From positions 87,358,001 through 87,422,000 of the forward strand of contig NC_092349.1 of the NCBI RefSeq assembly GCF_963676685.1: a stretch of 64,000 nt of DNA, read 5' to 3'. The notes under the pieces are model-generated. The model was given only the letters and a program-made list of their open reading frames with translations, was not told the DNA's origin and ran no database searches. Positions 1-12,661 of this stretch are shown piece after piece. A program made the translations under genes and the position numbers. The stretch comes from Mytilus edulis (taxonomy: Eukaryota). The stretch's first letter is position 1. The number at the start of each line of letters is the position of its first letter.

Positions 1-54
1 TCAAAATATCTGCAATGATTTTTCTTCATTAAATTTTAGCAATCACATAATTAA

Positions 55-1300
55 AAGGAGTAGGTCCGGTAAGGACCTATTTTGGCCTCCAATTTCAGTT
101 TCATCTGACGAAAGATTTTGACCATTTTTTAAACTCTTAACCCTTTCACCGATTGCTGCCCAGACAGAAGCTACTCTGAGACGATGGCTTCCCTGGCTAC
201 TATTACTCAAGTGGGAGATCTTCATAATAAATGTCAATAAAAACTTGTTTGTAGTTATTTGTGTATTTATTTCATTCACTAACACCATGTTCACAGTTTT
301 ATTCATGTTTTAATAATTTTTTCTTCTTAAAATATTCAAATTTTCGGCATTTTCTAGGTGAAATTCTCAAAATTCTGCTCTTTGACCCCAAATCGTAATT
401 TTTTAACCCAAAACGGCAAAATTTTGAAAATTTTTATGAGGCTGTACAAATTCCTCACACTGAACGATGTCCATTGCAAGTGTTTTGTACTTAAAACGAC
501 ATTTTTTGTCAAAAAAGTATACTAGTTTGGCTTCAATTCTTCCATATTCTTTCAAAAAATATGTTCCCTCATTTCAAATTCTCGTAAATTCCGTAAATTT
601 CCTCTGATTTTGACACGGTTTTCAACAAACGGAAGCGTCATGTTTACACTTTCATCCGGGTATTCATCAAAGAAAGATAACTCATGTTTGCACTGTTTTA
701 AGCGGGAAACATAAAAGAGGTATTCCGATCCCGGTAAAACGGGACTCATCGTCAGCTGTCTGAAGCGTGAATCCCGGTAAACCGGGACTCATCGGCGAAA
801 GGGGTGTCTATTTCATTTGATTCAATTAATTTATGTGAGAGATTTTTTACTAATTTAGTCATTAAAAACGCTCCGATTCAAGCTCAAATATGAAAAATCT
901 ACCAAATATGCCAAAAATTGTCACTTTTCAGATGGTCTTTGTCAAAAATGAAAGTGGCCACATCCGTGTTCATCCTCAACCTTTATATATGTTATGTATT
1001 ATCATCAAATACAACTTACATTTCAATATTTTGGATGAACACGAATGCAGCCACTTTCGTTTTACACGGAAACCGTCTAAAATTTAACAAAAATGCTAGA
1101 ATTGTGAAGATTTCAGTAATTTAGCATGACTTAACGGTGCTAGTACCCGATATATGTGCATTGTATTGTCAAAAACAGCCCATATTTATGTAGCAGAATC
1201 ATTCTACTATCCAATAAATAACTAAAAGATAACATTTGAACAATTTTGTAAAACTGCTATATTTTGGGGCCAAAAAGGGGTCTTACTGGACCTACTCCTT
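55..1300. mobile_element. Non-autonomous TIR DNA transposon (Kolobok-like ends)
   Basis: Left AAGGAGTAGGTCCGGTAAGGACCTATTTTGGCC versus the reverse complement of the right end AAGGAGTAGGTCCAGTAAGACCCCTTTTTGGCC. TTAA occurs on the left flank only. Internal direct repeat CCCGGTAAA-CGGGACTCATCG at about 730 and 773. Confidence 0.75.
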
Positions 1301-3399
1301 TGCATTATTGGAAGAGTTAAGGATTACTTATAATAAATTCAAGCATTATTTTCTGAATTTATGATATAATTATTTGCAAATTAGTATTAGTTATCCATTA
1401 CTGTAATTGATTTATGTTAATAAGCGGTCGAATGAAGGAATCATAAAATTATCATCAATTTAGCTTTTAATTCTGATAGTTTTGATAGTAGTTATATATT
1501 TATTTGTTAAGTCAGTTTAACTGATTAATGCCAAAAAGCAGTTCATTAAGAATTGTAACTTATTGTGGGGATGTTTACTCGTTTTTGTTTACAGTCATGT
1601 CACACATTCCATAAACATTTCATTATTGTTTTAACGATTTCGTTTAATCAGTAAATTTGTTGATAAATTAAGAAATTATGAAATTATTATGAAATGTAGG
1701 TCTCACTCAGGTCCAGATTACCTTAGATGAATTAGGCGACTCGTTTTCACTCTTGTCTATTTTGTTTATATATCTCAGGCCATATTAAGGTATTTATACA
1801 TTATGCGCTTTCTAACTTTCGGGTTGAGTGTTCCTCATAAAGGTATACATGAAAGCACTTTGACAAACTTATCAAGTGTTATATTACATTAGAGTGATTT
1901 TGGTTGAATATTTTAGCCTGTAGACAAGAAACTTTTAATATGTTTTATTAACAACAGGAGAATATGTCTAGAGACAATCAATATTTAGCAGTAATACTGA
2001 ACAAAGTTAGCAAATTTGGTAAATCTTTGGGATTAACAGTAAACTTTAAATATAGGCTGTAAAATAAACTTTTAGAAGAGAACTTAATTATAGAAATGCT
2101 TTAGATAATGGCCCCCAGGAGTAGATAAGTGTAGCTGTTTTTGACAAAAGTTTTTGGAATTTTTGGGTCTTCAATGCTCCTATATTTCCTACTTTATTTG
2201 GACTTTTTCTTTTTTTTATTCCAGAGTCACTGATGAGATTATTGTAGACTAAAGGCCTTTCTATGATAATTTATTTTTTAAATCTAGACATTTTTTTTTA
2301 ACATAAATTCATTATCATCCTGTGTAGATTATACTAGTGTAGGATATTGGACTTATATTTAGTTGGCAAAATGGAAAGGTACCAGTTCTTATGAGTAACC
2401 AGATAGGGCAATATATTTTATTTTTATAATCTAATGTTTATTGTGAGATTGAAGAATCATTTTTATTGTTATGTAGTTATACGAGTGTAGCTTTTGTTAT
2501 AGTGACGAAAAAATATTTCAATATTTTGTATATACAATCAGTTGTGTTAGGCATTTATACCATTTGTTTAAGCTATTAATTCTATCTGTATATTAAAGGT
2601 CAGCAGACATAACTATAACTTGATAATGTTTTTACCAGCTATTTTATTTTCAATTTATTACTTTTATCATTATACTTTATTATTCTAACCCCTTTTAGAT
2701 AAACTCAGAATAACCTTCAACAACAACTAAGATATGTAGTGTTCGAAATTAAGGTGTTTCTGGAATTTCTTTGAACAATTGTTTTGGGGATAGTTAACAA
2801 GTTTCCTGTGTCTGATTTTAATATCATTTGTACAGATGAAAGATGTAAGGAAGGACAAGAAGCCTCTTTATTTTGGAATAAATAGGACAGGTTCAAGGCT
2901 ACTTTTTACTATGAGTAGACACTTTTGAATTGCTTGAGATGAAATGTAAAAAAGATATAGATGATACAGATAAGAAATGCCTGTAGCAATTGAAGCAAAT
3001 AAGTTAAAAGGTGGCAACATTATTAGATGTTTGCCCGTATATCTGGTCATTTAGTGAAAGTCAGAGGAACTCCCTGCCAATTTGTAAAATGGGGATGTCA
3101 TTTCGCCCTCCCCTAAAAAAAAAAAATAAAACAAACAAATAACTAACTGTAGGTTGTTGCGATTGAGAAATTGGTTCTAGCCTTACTTATGTGTCGTTTG
3201 GGAAGCATCTGTTGACAGTTTCAACTTATTGTTGAACGATTTTTTAATGTACTGACAAAATATGGCATAAAATTGAGAAAGGAAATTCTTTTGTTACCTC
3301 TTTTGACATCGGACTCGGAGTTTTCTTGAACGGAATTTAATGTGCGTATTGTTATGTGTTTACTTTTCTACATTGGCTAGAGGTATTGAAGGAGGGTAG

Positions 3400-3702
3400 A
3401 GATCTCAAAAAAAATGTTTAACCCCGCCGAATTTTTGCGCCTGTCCCAAGTCAGGAGCCTCTAGCCTTTGTTAGTCTTGTATGATTTTTAATTTTAGTTT
3501 CTTGTGTATAATTTGGAGTTTAGTTTGATGTCCATTATCACTGAACTAGTATATATTTGTTTAGGGGCCAGCTGAAGGACGCCTCTGGGTGTAGGAGTTT
3601 CTCGCTGCATTGAAGACCTATTGGTGACCTTCTGCTGTTGTCTGTTATATGGTCAGGTTGTTGTCTCTTTGACACATTCCCCATTTCCATTTTCAATTTT
3701 TA
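3400..3702 (-). repeat. High-copy interspersed repeat; opposite-strand copies at about 33510-33690, 34763-34895 and 40312-40520
   Basis: Shared AATTGAGAATGGAAATGGGGAATGTGTCAAAGAGACAACAACC...CAGCTGGCCCCTAAACAAA...TACTAGTTCAGTGA. Confidence 0.75.
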
Positions 3703-4015
3703 TATCGGAAACAGAAATACTGACATAAATCTGAATCAGACGATATGAAGGACATTTGTTTCTTTTCAAACTTTACACCTAACATGAAACTTTATGGTAC
3801 AAAAATATGATACATATACTGATTTATTATACCACTTGCTGAGATAATCTGCAGGTTACATAGTTTTTGACCTCTCTGTCATTTAGTCAGTTAGTTCATA
3901 GATCTGTCAATCATTTTGGATTACAAATACTTACTCGGATTACTTGGATATATGGTCAAAGGTCAATTTTAAAGTTTCAAAAAATGACATGAAGAGTGTA
4001 CAGGAAAGTTGTTTC

Positions 4016-4497
4016 ATGAATTGTCATTGATATGGTTATATTTATAAATTTACTGTTTACAAATTTTTGAACTTTTTGAAATACTAAGGCTTTTCTACCT
4101 CAGGCATAGATTACCTTAGCTGTATTTGGCAAAACTTTTAGGAATTTTGGTCCTCAATGCTCTTCAACTTCATAATTTATTTGGCCTTTTTAACTTTTTG
4201 GATTCGAGCATCACTGATGAGTCTTTTGTAGACGAAACGCGCGTCTGGCGTATATACTAAATTTAGTCCTGGTATCTATGATGAGTTTATTTACAACCAC
4301 TGGGTCGATGCCACTGCTGGTGGAGATTTATTTCTCCGAGGGTATCACAAGCCCAGTAGTCAGCACTATTTGTGCTGACATGAATTGTCATTGATATCAT
4401 GGTTATATTTATAAATTTACTGTTGAGTCTTTTGTAGACGAAACGCGCGTCTGGTGTATATACTAAATTTAGTCTTGGTATCTATGATGATTTTATT
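4016..4497 (+). mobile_element. Non-LTR retrozyme-type repeat: one ~364-bp unit plus an internally deleted second unit
   Basis: ATGAATTGTCATTGATAT recurs at about 4016 and 4380. The unit contains a hammerhead core and is nearly identical to 45024-45415 in circularly permuted order. Confidence 0.8.
4208..4251 (+). ncRNA. Minimal type I hammerhead ribozyme
   Basis: gcatca-CTGATGA(4214-20)-gtc ttttgta gac-GAAA(4234-37)-c gcgc-GTC(4243-45)-tggcgt. The catalytic core is intact, stem II is GUC/GAC, stem III is short with palindromic CGCGCG, and stem I has one mismatch. Confidence 0.82.
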
Positions 4498-4782
4498 TCC
4501 AGATGAGAAATCAAATACTACAATTGGGATTGCATCTTTTCTTTGATACATGGTCACAAATTATGACAATTATCCTTATTGATTTTTGGGTAACTATTGC
4601 ATGAAATGCAATCTAAACCCTATGTTACTGACTTGTAATCTATATATTTTAAGGTTTATCACTACTTTTGATACACACAAAATATAGTTTATCGATCCTA
4701 TCATTCTATATATCCTCTCCATGAACATTTTCAGAATTTTATCTTTAAAATATATGATGAAATATTTATGTTACAGTCGTAG

Positions 4783-4990
4783 AAAGTGAAATCACAAAAA
4801 GAGTAAGCTTGAAGGAAAATTCAAATGGAAAGCCCCTTATCAAATAACAAAATCAAAACTCAATACACATCAAACGAATGGATAACAGTTATCATATTCC
4901 TGTCTGGATACAGGCATTTCCGGATGTAGGATATGGTGGATAAAACCTGGTTTTATAGCTAGCTAAACCTCCCACTTGTATGACTGTTGC
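4783..4990 (+). repeat. Short interspersed repeat; copies at about 27948-28090, 38682-38735, 54049-54180 and 54386-54505
   Basis: Shared AAAGTAAAATCACAAAAATACTGAAC...GGAAAATTCAAATGGAAAGTCCC...ACATCAAACGAATGGA. Confidence 0.75.
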
Positions 4991-7900
4991 AGACATAAAG
5001 CACTGTTGCTATATGTAAGGAAAATATACAATAATTTGTTGATGCTACCGTTTTTGGTTATCTGCATTATTTCAGCCCTCTTAATACCAGAAAATCGTTC
5101 ATTAGTTAATGGATTCTGGATGTCTGATCTCGAAGAGGTGAATGGTCTTAGATGTCACTAAAGAATGTGGAAATCTAGATATAATACCAGGTTGAACCAA
5201 TCAATTTCTTCAAACAATGCCTGTGACAAGTCAGGAATAATAACATCATTTATTTTATGCCATGACATTAGCCGTTTGCAGGTTTCAACTGATCCTGTGC
5301 TCAGTTTCAGATTTAACTGCTTGACAACTGTGAACAATTGATATATTGCAGTATTTTCAGTGTTTCAACGCTTTTTTTTATATATACTTGTTATATCATG
5401 TCTGCATTTGATATCGAAGGTGACTAAAATGTTAAACAATAAAACGAAACCATCAAATACATTATTAATTTACTATTCCTTTGATTTAGTACCTTCAGTT
5501 AAATTTCTGAAATCTCATATCCCTAATGTATTGCAAATCGCTGTAGATTCACTAATGTTTCTACTAAAATACGCGATCCGAGGGCTATTGCAGTCTCTGG
5601 TTTGCGTTCCAATTCCAAATGGAGAAGATTAGATATGACAGAACACTGGATTGGCTTTCCTTCTCTATGGGAAAACACAACAAGGTTTGTTTAAAGGGTA
5701 GTGTATTAAACTGTTAAAACCAAATTTCATATTTTGAATGCTCTACTTTCCTTTCAAATTCGACAAAAGTACAAATTCTATATGTATAACTTTTGCCATT
5801 TGATAAAAATCTTTCTGTTTGTTATGAATTTTCCTGGCAGTTCGGTATTTTTTGTTATTTTACTTCTTACTTATAACGATATGATAAGACAATACTGAAA
5901 TAACTTTTGTGACATCCTCGAATGTTGACAATGATGATGATGACGATTTTTAGTATAATTCAAAAGTAACATGTAATTCATTTGTCTTACAGTACAATTT
6001 GTTGATTGTCATTACCCTTTACACACGAAAGAGTTGTTTCGTCTATATAACCATCTTTTTATGAAAAAAATATTTTAATTATATAATATCTGTACGGAAT
6101 CTGTCTTTCAACTTTAGGCATACTCCATTTTCAAATCGACCACTTTGGATCAGCTTTTAGAAAGTATATTCATGCTCTAGCCTTTGCTAGTCTTGTATTT
6201 TTTTCATTTATTTGTTTAAGCACATTCATTCTTTGAGATATTGGGGTGACAAATGAAGAAAAAGACGATTGATTTGCATTGTCGACAATGCGTAAAGGTA
6301 TGTATGGACGTACTGTCACCACATGTTTATATCTAAAAATATACAAGCCTGTGCCCGTGGTAAAATTGATGACAATTACATTTCATTTGCATTCTATATT
6401 TTAGTAAATTATATGGATTCCTATATTATTGTTCCCACAGAAGGTATCAAAATAAACAAAGTTTAAAAAGATGTTTGAAATGTTTCTCTATGTAAAAAAA
6501 AATGCACAAAAGATACTTGCACACCAATAGGTAGTTTTAAAAGTGTAAACCTGTCGGCCGCATCATAAAATTCAAGTGTTTATTTTGGCACTCAAAACGA
6601 AGAAAATGAATCTCAAAATTTAAAATTAGTAACGAGATTTCAAATTCAATAATCTAATTCCTGCCAAGCCAAGAAACTTGACCAGAATCACAAGTGTGTA
6701 CTAGTATAAATATACTAAATTGTAAGGTGAAAACACGGTGACCGTCATATTTTTCAATTCCCGATGATCGGATGAACCTTAAATTGGGTTAAGCCTCGAT
6801 TTTTGTAAACAGAAATACTAGACGTATACGTTTGTTTAAATGTTGGTGTCGTTATTTGAAATTAGCTTTTGAATTGTTTTAAGTAGTGATTAATTATATT
6901 CCACATCGGAATTTATTAGTCATCCCTGCAAAGGTTCATCAGAAGGAATGACACAATATGACAGAATTAACCACAAAAGTGTACTCTGAGTTCAGATAAA
7001 CATGTGCACCTGAAAACGTTTAAAGGCATGGAAAGAACTAGGTAAGTAAAACTTGAATGCATATTATGTTTCAAAAAAATAAGCTTTTACCAGGAATTAG
7101 AGATTCCCGTTTTAAACCTGCAAAGGGAGATAATATAAACACACACCCGAGTTGTATTTGATGTGGACCCCTCATTTACACAGTTTAAATCACCTATTGT
7201 TGTGCAGAAATCTATAGACCGTCTCACGGTTGTTATTCGGTATATCGAAAAAAATGATCACGAAAGAATACCTATCGGTGGTCATGCAGTGCGGTCGGAT
7301 CTTGAATGATCTGGTATCGGATCGTAAATTTGATTAATTGTTTTTGGAAAATGACGCAGTCATTGTTCCATAACTGCCGACCTGATTTCTCTGCCTACCG
7401 CGCTTGGTTTCGTATTTACTAATTTCAATACAAACTGGAATGTGCTTGTGTTCCTTATCATTATGCATGAGCATTGTGTAGTAATCAGCCAGGAACCAGT
7501 TTACAAACTAACTGGTTTCTGTTTGTATTCCACTACAGTCGAACAAAGTGTTGTAGTTTGACAGAAACCAGTCCAGAATTTTGTAAACTACAAAACGTAA
7601 TCGGTTATTATCATTCCGTTTTGGTGTTTCATACCGACTTATATGGTTTGAATAAGCTTAAGACCCTTCAAACATTAATGTGATAGGTATATTAAAGACT
7701 GTTTTACAAAAGGATGAAACTGTTTTGCTTTAAAAGTCGTACTATAGTGATATATGTTATGTACGGATTTCCACTCTCACCGGTTAATTTCTTCTTTTAC
7801 ACGTGCTTTTGAAACTTCCTGTTTAAACAGAATACAGAATTAAACATCGCAAGTTTTAAAATTGTTTTTTGAGTGAATTAAACTTATTTTAACAATCACG

Positions 7901-8402
7901 AAGCGTTCGGGAATCATTTCAAGCAGTTTCTTCTTCTCTTTGATGATGGAAAATAGGTTTTCTCAAGAAAATACCGCAAACGATCGCAGAGGAATTGAAA
8001 CGTACAAGTCAAGCCGGCACCTGGTTAAATTGGCTTCAAGTCAAATCGGCACCTATTTGACGTCAATTCGGCTTCCAATAATATTTATTATAATATGTTC
8101 TATTCAATTAATTAATAACTGTTACCAAGTACATAGTGAATATTAGGTAAACAACGAAACCAAAGTGAATATGTTGTTGTGTATAAAAGTAAACAACGAA
8201 GCTATTGTTTTAACCATTAGACAATTATTAAAATTAAATGGAAAACTATGAGTCCCTTTCAATAAATCAAACTTTCATGCCAAATAATTAGCAAATTTAA
8301 GGTGGTTTTTTTTCAGTAATGTTTAAACAGCATTAAACAAACAATCCTGTAAAAGACTCAACTGGTTAAATAATGCATAAAAATATCCAATATCTCATGT
8401 AT

Positions 8403-8590
8403 TAGTCCAAATAATAATGACGTCTGACAAGGCTATTTTATTTTTTTCTGGGACGCCTTCCTAAGACGTTCGTAGGAAGGCTTCCTAAGAAGGCGTCCCA
8501 GAAAAAAATTAACATAGCCTTGTGGTCATAGGAAGGTGTCCCAGAATAAAATTTAAAAAGCCTTGCCAGACGTAATAATTATTTTGACTA
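8403..8590. mobile_element. Palindromic MITE with a 9-bp target-site duplication
   Basis: TIR TAGTCCAAATAATAATGACGTCTGACAAGGCT versus rc TAGTCAAAATAATTATTACGTCTGGCAAGGCT. Flanks are CTCATGTAT and CTCATATAT. Confidence 0.75.
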
Positions 8591-8728
8591 CTCATATATA
8601 TCATTAAAAATACACCAAAAAATTCATGTAGTTGAGAAAAATAAATACATACAAAATGTACATGAACATCCAAAAAAGTGAAAGTTAGTATTAACTCTTT
8701 TTGCTTTAAAAATTTACAACTGCATTTA

Positions 8729-8892
8729 AGTATTGAATGCTTTTTTTTTGTAAATTCATTGAGGTGTAAAAGCGTTGACCGAAGTACTTTTTGTATGAAG
8801 CGCGTAAGCGTAAGCGCTACATTCTAAAAATGTGCAAACGGTCAATGCTTTTGCAACCCTATGAGGTTACAAAAAGAAACATTCAATACTTA
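8729..8892. repeat. Imperfect ~165-bp palindrome, probably the end of a larger interspersed element extending to about 9760
   Basis: TAAGTATTGAATG...CATTCAATACTTA with inner AAAAGCGTTGACCG / CGGTCAATGCTTTT. Downstream GGTCAAGGTCA/TGACCTTG motifs. Confidence 0.6.
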
Positions 8893-9794
8893 TAATTACT
8901 TTTTTTAGCTAGGATCATGAAAACACGAATTTTATAACTTTTTTATTCAATTCATCTGTGCACTTTATTGTGGGACCACGTGTTATCATGAATGAAAAGT
9001 TTTATTGAGTGATGCAATAACATGTGATGTGCAGTTAGTATTATAATGAAACATATATCAAATGTAATTATAACAAAATACATTACGTTGTAAGAGTTAT
9101 CTCCCCAAACACTGTTTTTCTTGTGGCCACCTCTCCTTCGTAACCGTAAAAGATTTTATTTTACCAAATTGCTCGTTACATATTAAGGATAAGAATATTC
9201 GTTTGAACCATAGCTCTATGGGGACTCCATATGAGAGTTATTCCCCCTTTTTCATTTGATTCAAGCGATATGCATTTTCAACTGGTAAACCATAACTGAT
9301 AGAGACCTAGGGTATTCATGAGGTCATTGGTACTTAAAATGAAAATGAGGTCAATGTCAAAGGTCAAGGTCATATTATAAATTTTGATTTTGGCTTATTT
9401 TCACTTCTTTTCAAATACCGTATGACATTTTGACAAATAATTTTACATGTCCTTACTTGTATATTTTGGTTGAAAGGCTGCGCATACAATAAAAGGGAGT
9501 TTTTGTCCATCTTACATTTAAAATTACGCGTCAAGTGGTAGTACTCATTAACCAAACATATTAAAGACCTAGGATATTTTGATTCAAGGTCCATGGTTTG
9601 TGACCTTGAAATTGAGGTCAAGGTCATAGGTTAATAGGACGTCATAAAGCCATAAGAAACTAACATTTTAAACTGATTTTTCATATTTCAATATAAAAAT
9701 AGATCTTTTCTAGTGGAAAGACTTCAATTGTTCTCTGAACAATTTGTTTTTAATTTACTTCATATTTTGTGGGAGAAGGGGGTTCAGACTATGT

Positions 9795-10500
9795 GGTATC
9801 AGGTCTGTTTGCGCCCAATACACTTTCGCACCTCGCACGTTCACACCCAAGGTCCGTTCGCACTCTACTCATTCGCGCCCAATTTTAATTCAAATTCAAG
9901 TTGAATAATTGGAAAATCATGATTGTTGTTTTAAATTGCTTTGGTGTAAATACTGAATGTATTTATAGCTTGGTATGAGTAAAACATTGAAGATTTTAAA
10001 GGAAAACACAAAAGATAATTGTTTTTAAGCCCTTTGATCTGAAACAATAAAATATAGGAACCAAAATATAGCAATCCACTATTATAACCAAAACATGATA
10101 AAATTAAACACACAGAAAAAAAATTAGTCAGAATCTCACTTCATTATGAAAGAGGTCAATGAAACAAAGTATAGCAATACACTGACAAAAACATGATTAA
10201 GAGTTATTCAACGCTAAATAAAACGTTGACAAAATACCACTTTATTTAGAAAGGATTATTATTATCTTTAACAATACGCTATCCAAAACATGATTAAGAT
10301 TTATTCAACACAAAAAAAAAATGCTGTCTCACTTTATTTTGAGACAATGACAACAATTATACTTATAAGAAAACACTTGCTTACAGAGTTATTAAACACA
10401 AAACCAATTAAGATTAGTTACGAACATGTAGGGTGTGAAAGTGAAAGGGGGCGAACATGAGTTGGCGCAAACGTGAATGGGCGCGAACGGACCCGGATTC
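9795..10500. mobile_element. Non-autonomous TIR element with a 9-bp TSD (Mutator-like)
   Basis: Left GGTATCAGGTCTGTTTGCGCCCA, rc of right GAATCCGGGTCCGTTCGCGCCCA, subterminal TTCGC(A/G)C repeats. Flanks are AGACTATGT and AGCCTATGT. Confidence 0.7.
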
Positions 10501-10955
10501 AGCCTATGTACCAGTGAGAAATATAGAAGCCTTTCTACGGTATTTATTTGTACAATTCAGGTAGTCTTGACCTATTCATTTGTCTTAAAAAAAAACCCAG
10601 CCAGTTGGCACCTTCACTTCACACACACACATATACGAATATCAATTATATGCTTACGAGAAATATGCATTGTTAAACTAATTACGGTATGTGAAAATCA
10701 AGACTTGCATAAAAACTATCCCAATATTAGAGACAGTGGCGTCATTTTTCTTCAGAGCTTTCAGCTCTTTGATTCTACTTCAAAGTCTGTATCTTCAAAA
10801 CGTAGAGACAATGGTGCACCTGTACACAATCTCCAGTACTACTTTATGGGCTAGAACTAATACTACCAACAATAAGCACACTAAGTAAAACGTCCAGAGG
10901 AAACTTCTAAAACAAATACTTTCTCTACCAATCAGTGGAGTAATCATAACTGTTA

Positions 10956-12168
10956 CAGCAGATTCCAACGAGTATGAAGCTATAGGTAGATTCTTTGGTT
11001 AGCTTCCTTGTTAGCTCAACCATGAAATCATTATTAGACCTTATAAGGTAAGGTACAACAATCATTTGGGTGGAGTTAATAGTTAAGCAGAGAACCAATC
11101 AAAACTAGTGACAGAATTAAATAGTGTAAAACTAGTTTTACAAGTCAGTTTAAAAATAAGTGTTCAATCTAAATTTAAAATTTAGTGATAATTATACAAG
11201 CTAATTCACACGCATGTTGTAGGTGTGTTTGATTTGTCAATTTTATTTCAATCAATTACTAAGTTCATTTATAAATCCAGTTATGTGTATGTATAAGGTT
11301 AATGATCCCTTCTGTAGCCTTTGAATTACGAATGTTTCAAACTGCAATAATATAAAAACAGCAAAGATAATGAATAATAGAGATGGGCCATTTTGTACAT
11401 TTACAATGAGGAAACTTCGATCAAGCATTATTATTTGTAGTTTTATTGCATTTAAAAGTTAAACGGGATTTTGTGTTAAATAAACCAAGATTTTTGTAGA
11501 AAATCCACAGATATTTTTGTTATAAAATTTTAAGCATAGATTACTCAGACACTTGATTTTCTATGATGTGCTAGCGTTTATTGTTTACAAAAAGTCCTAG
11601 ACAACCGTTAATGTAAATGAAAAAAAAATCGTCCGAAGTCACGAAATTCGAGCGCACCCTAGAAGGTGTACTTGAATTAGTCCATATATATTTGTTTAAA
11701 CCAATATCTAAATTTATAAACTTGTTTTAATGAAATCATTGCTAGTACTGCTTGCAAAACATCCTCCATATATCAAGTACTAAATTGTCAACTATGAAAG
11801 TGCAAAGGAAATGCTGTGAATTTTCTATAAAATTTCCATTTGTTTAGCATTGAATCAACACAAGGGTACATCATCCTTGAACAAAACATAAACCGTAACT
11901 CCGCTTCTAATTTATAGTAATACATAGAATTTTTTAATTCAATCAAAAACTATAAGAAATGAAATTTAATTTGCAAAGTTGTTTAGGTAAACCTGTTTGT
12001 ATGAAACATACTTATCATAAACAGGCCATTGATATGAGTGTTTTCATTGGATGATGAATTGGTGCTATGCTCCTCCCAATTTTGAGGTAATAATCATTTA
12101 ATGGTTGAGCTAACAAGGAAGCTAACCAAATAATCTACCTGTAGCTTCATACTCGTTGGAATCTGCTG
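10956..12168. mobile_element. Non-autonomous Tc1/mariner-like element, ~68-bp TIRs, TA TSD
   Basis: TA|CAGCAGATTCCAACGAGTATGAAGCTA...GCTCAACCAT is mirrored at 12101-12168|TA with only about 2 mismatches. Confidence 0.85.
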
Positions 12169-12661
12169 TAATATCCTAACAGAAATACTACTTGAGCTAC
12201 AAGTACACATCCGAGCATTAGCGCAATAACATACCCAAGAACATCAATATAGTAATGCACCTGTTTTACAAAGAGTTATTTGGTGTTAAATATAAAATGT
12301 ATTCAACGCAAAACATTTACGTTTAATTTTGACAGCATATAAGTTATGATTAACAGAACAGAGTCATTGAAATATAACTAAGCCAGGAGTGGTGTTCTAA
12401 ACATCGTTCTTAATGAATTTTAGGTACAAGGCTATTCATCAAATTTATTAATGATAGAAGCGTGAAGTACATACAGATTTGTTTTCGACTAAGTTACTAA
12501 TGTAGTATATAATCAGCAAGCAATGTTCGATATATAAAATCATGGTTGCATGATAAATAATTATGAAACATTGCTGCATGACAAAAAGGCCATACAAAAA
12601 AGTCATACATGAAGAAAAAAAAATCTCACTGAAACATCCGCTTCTACTGAAATGATATTCA

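Noticed and set aside
1825-1865. Hammerhead-like remnants at about 1825-1865 and 43665-43695
   Set aside because: Core nucleotides are altered (CTCATAA, CTGGTGA without a paired stem II and GAAA), so they are too decayed to call as ribozymes.
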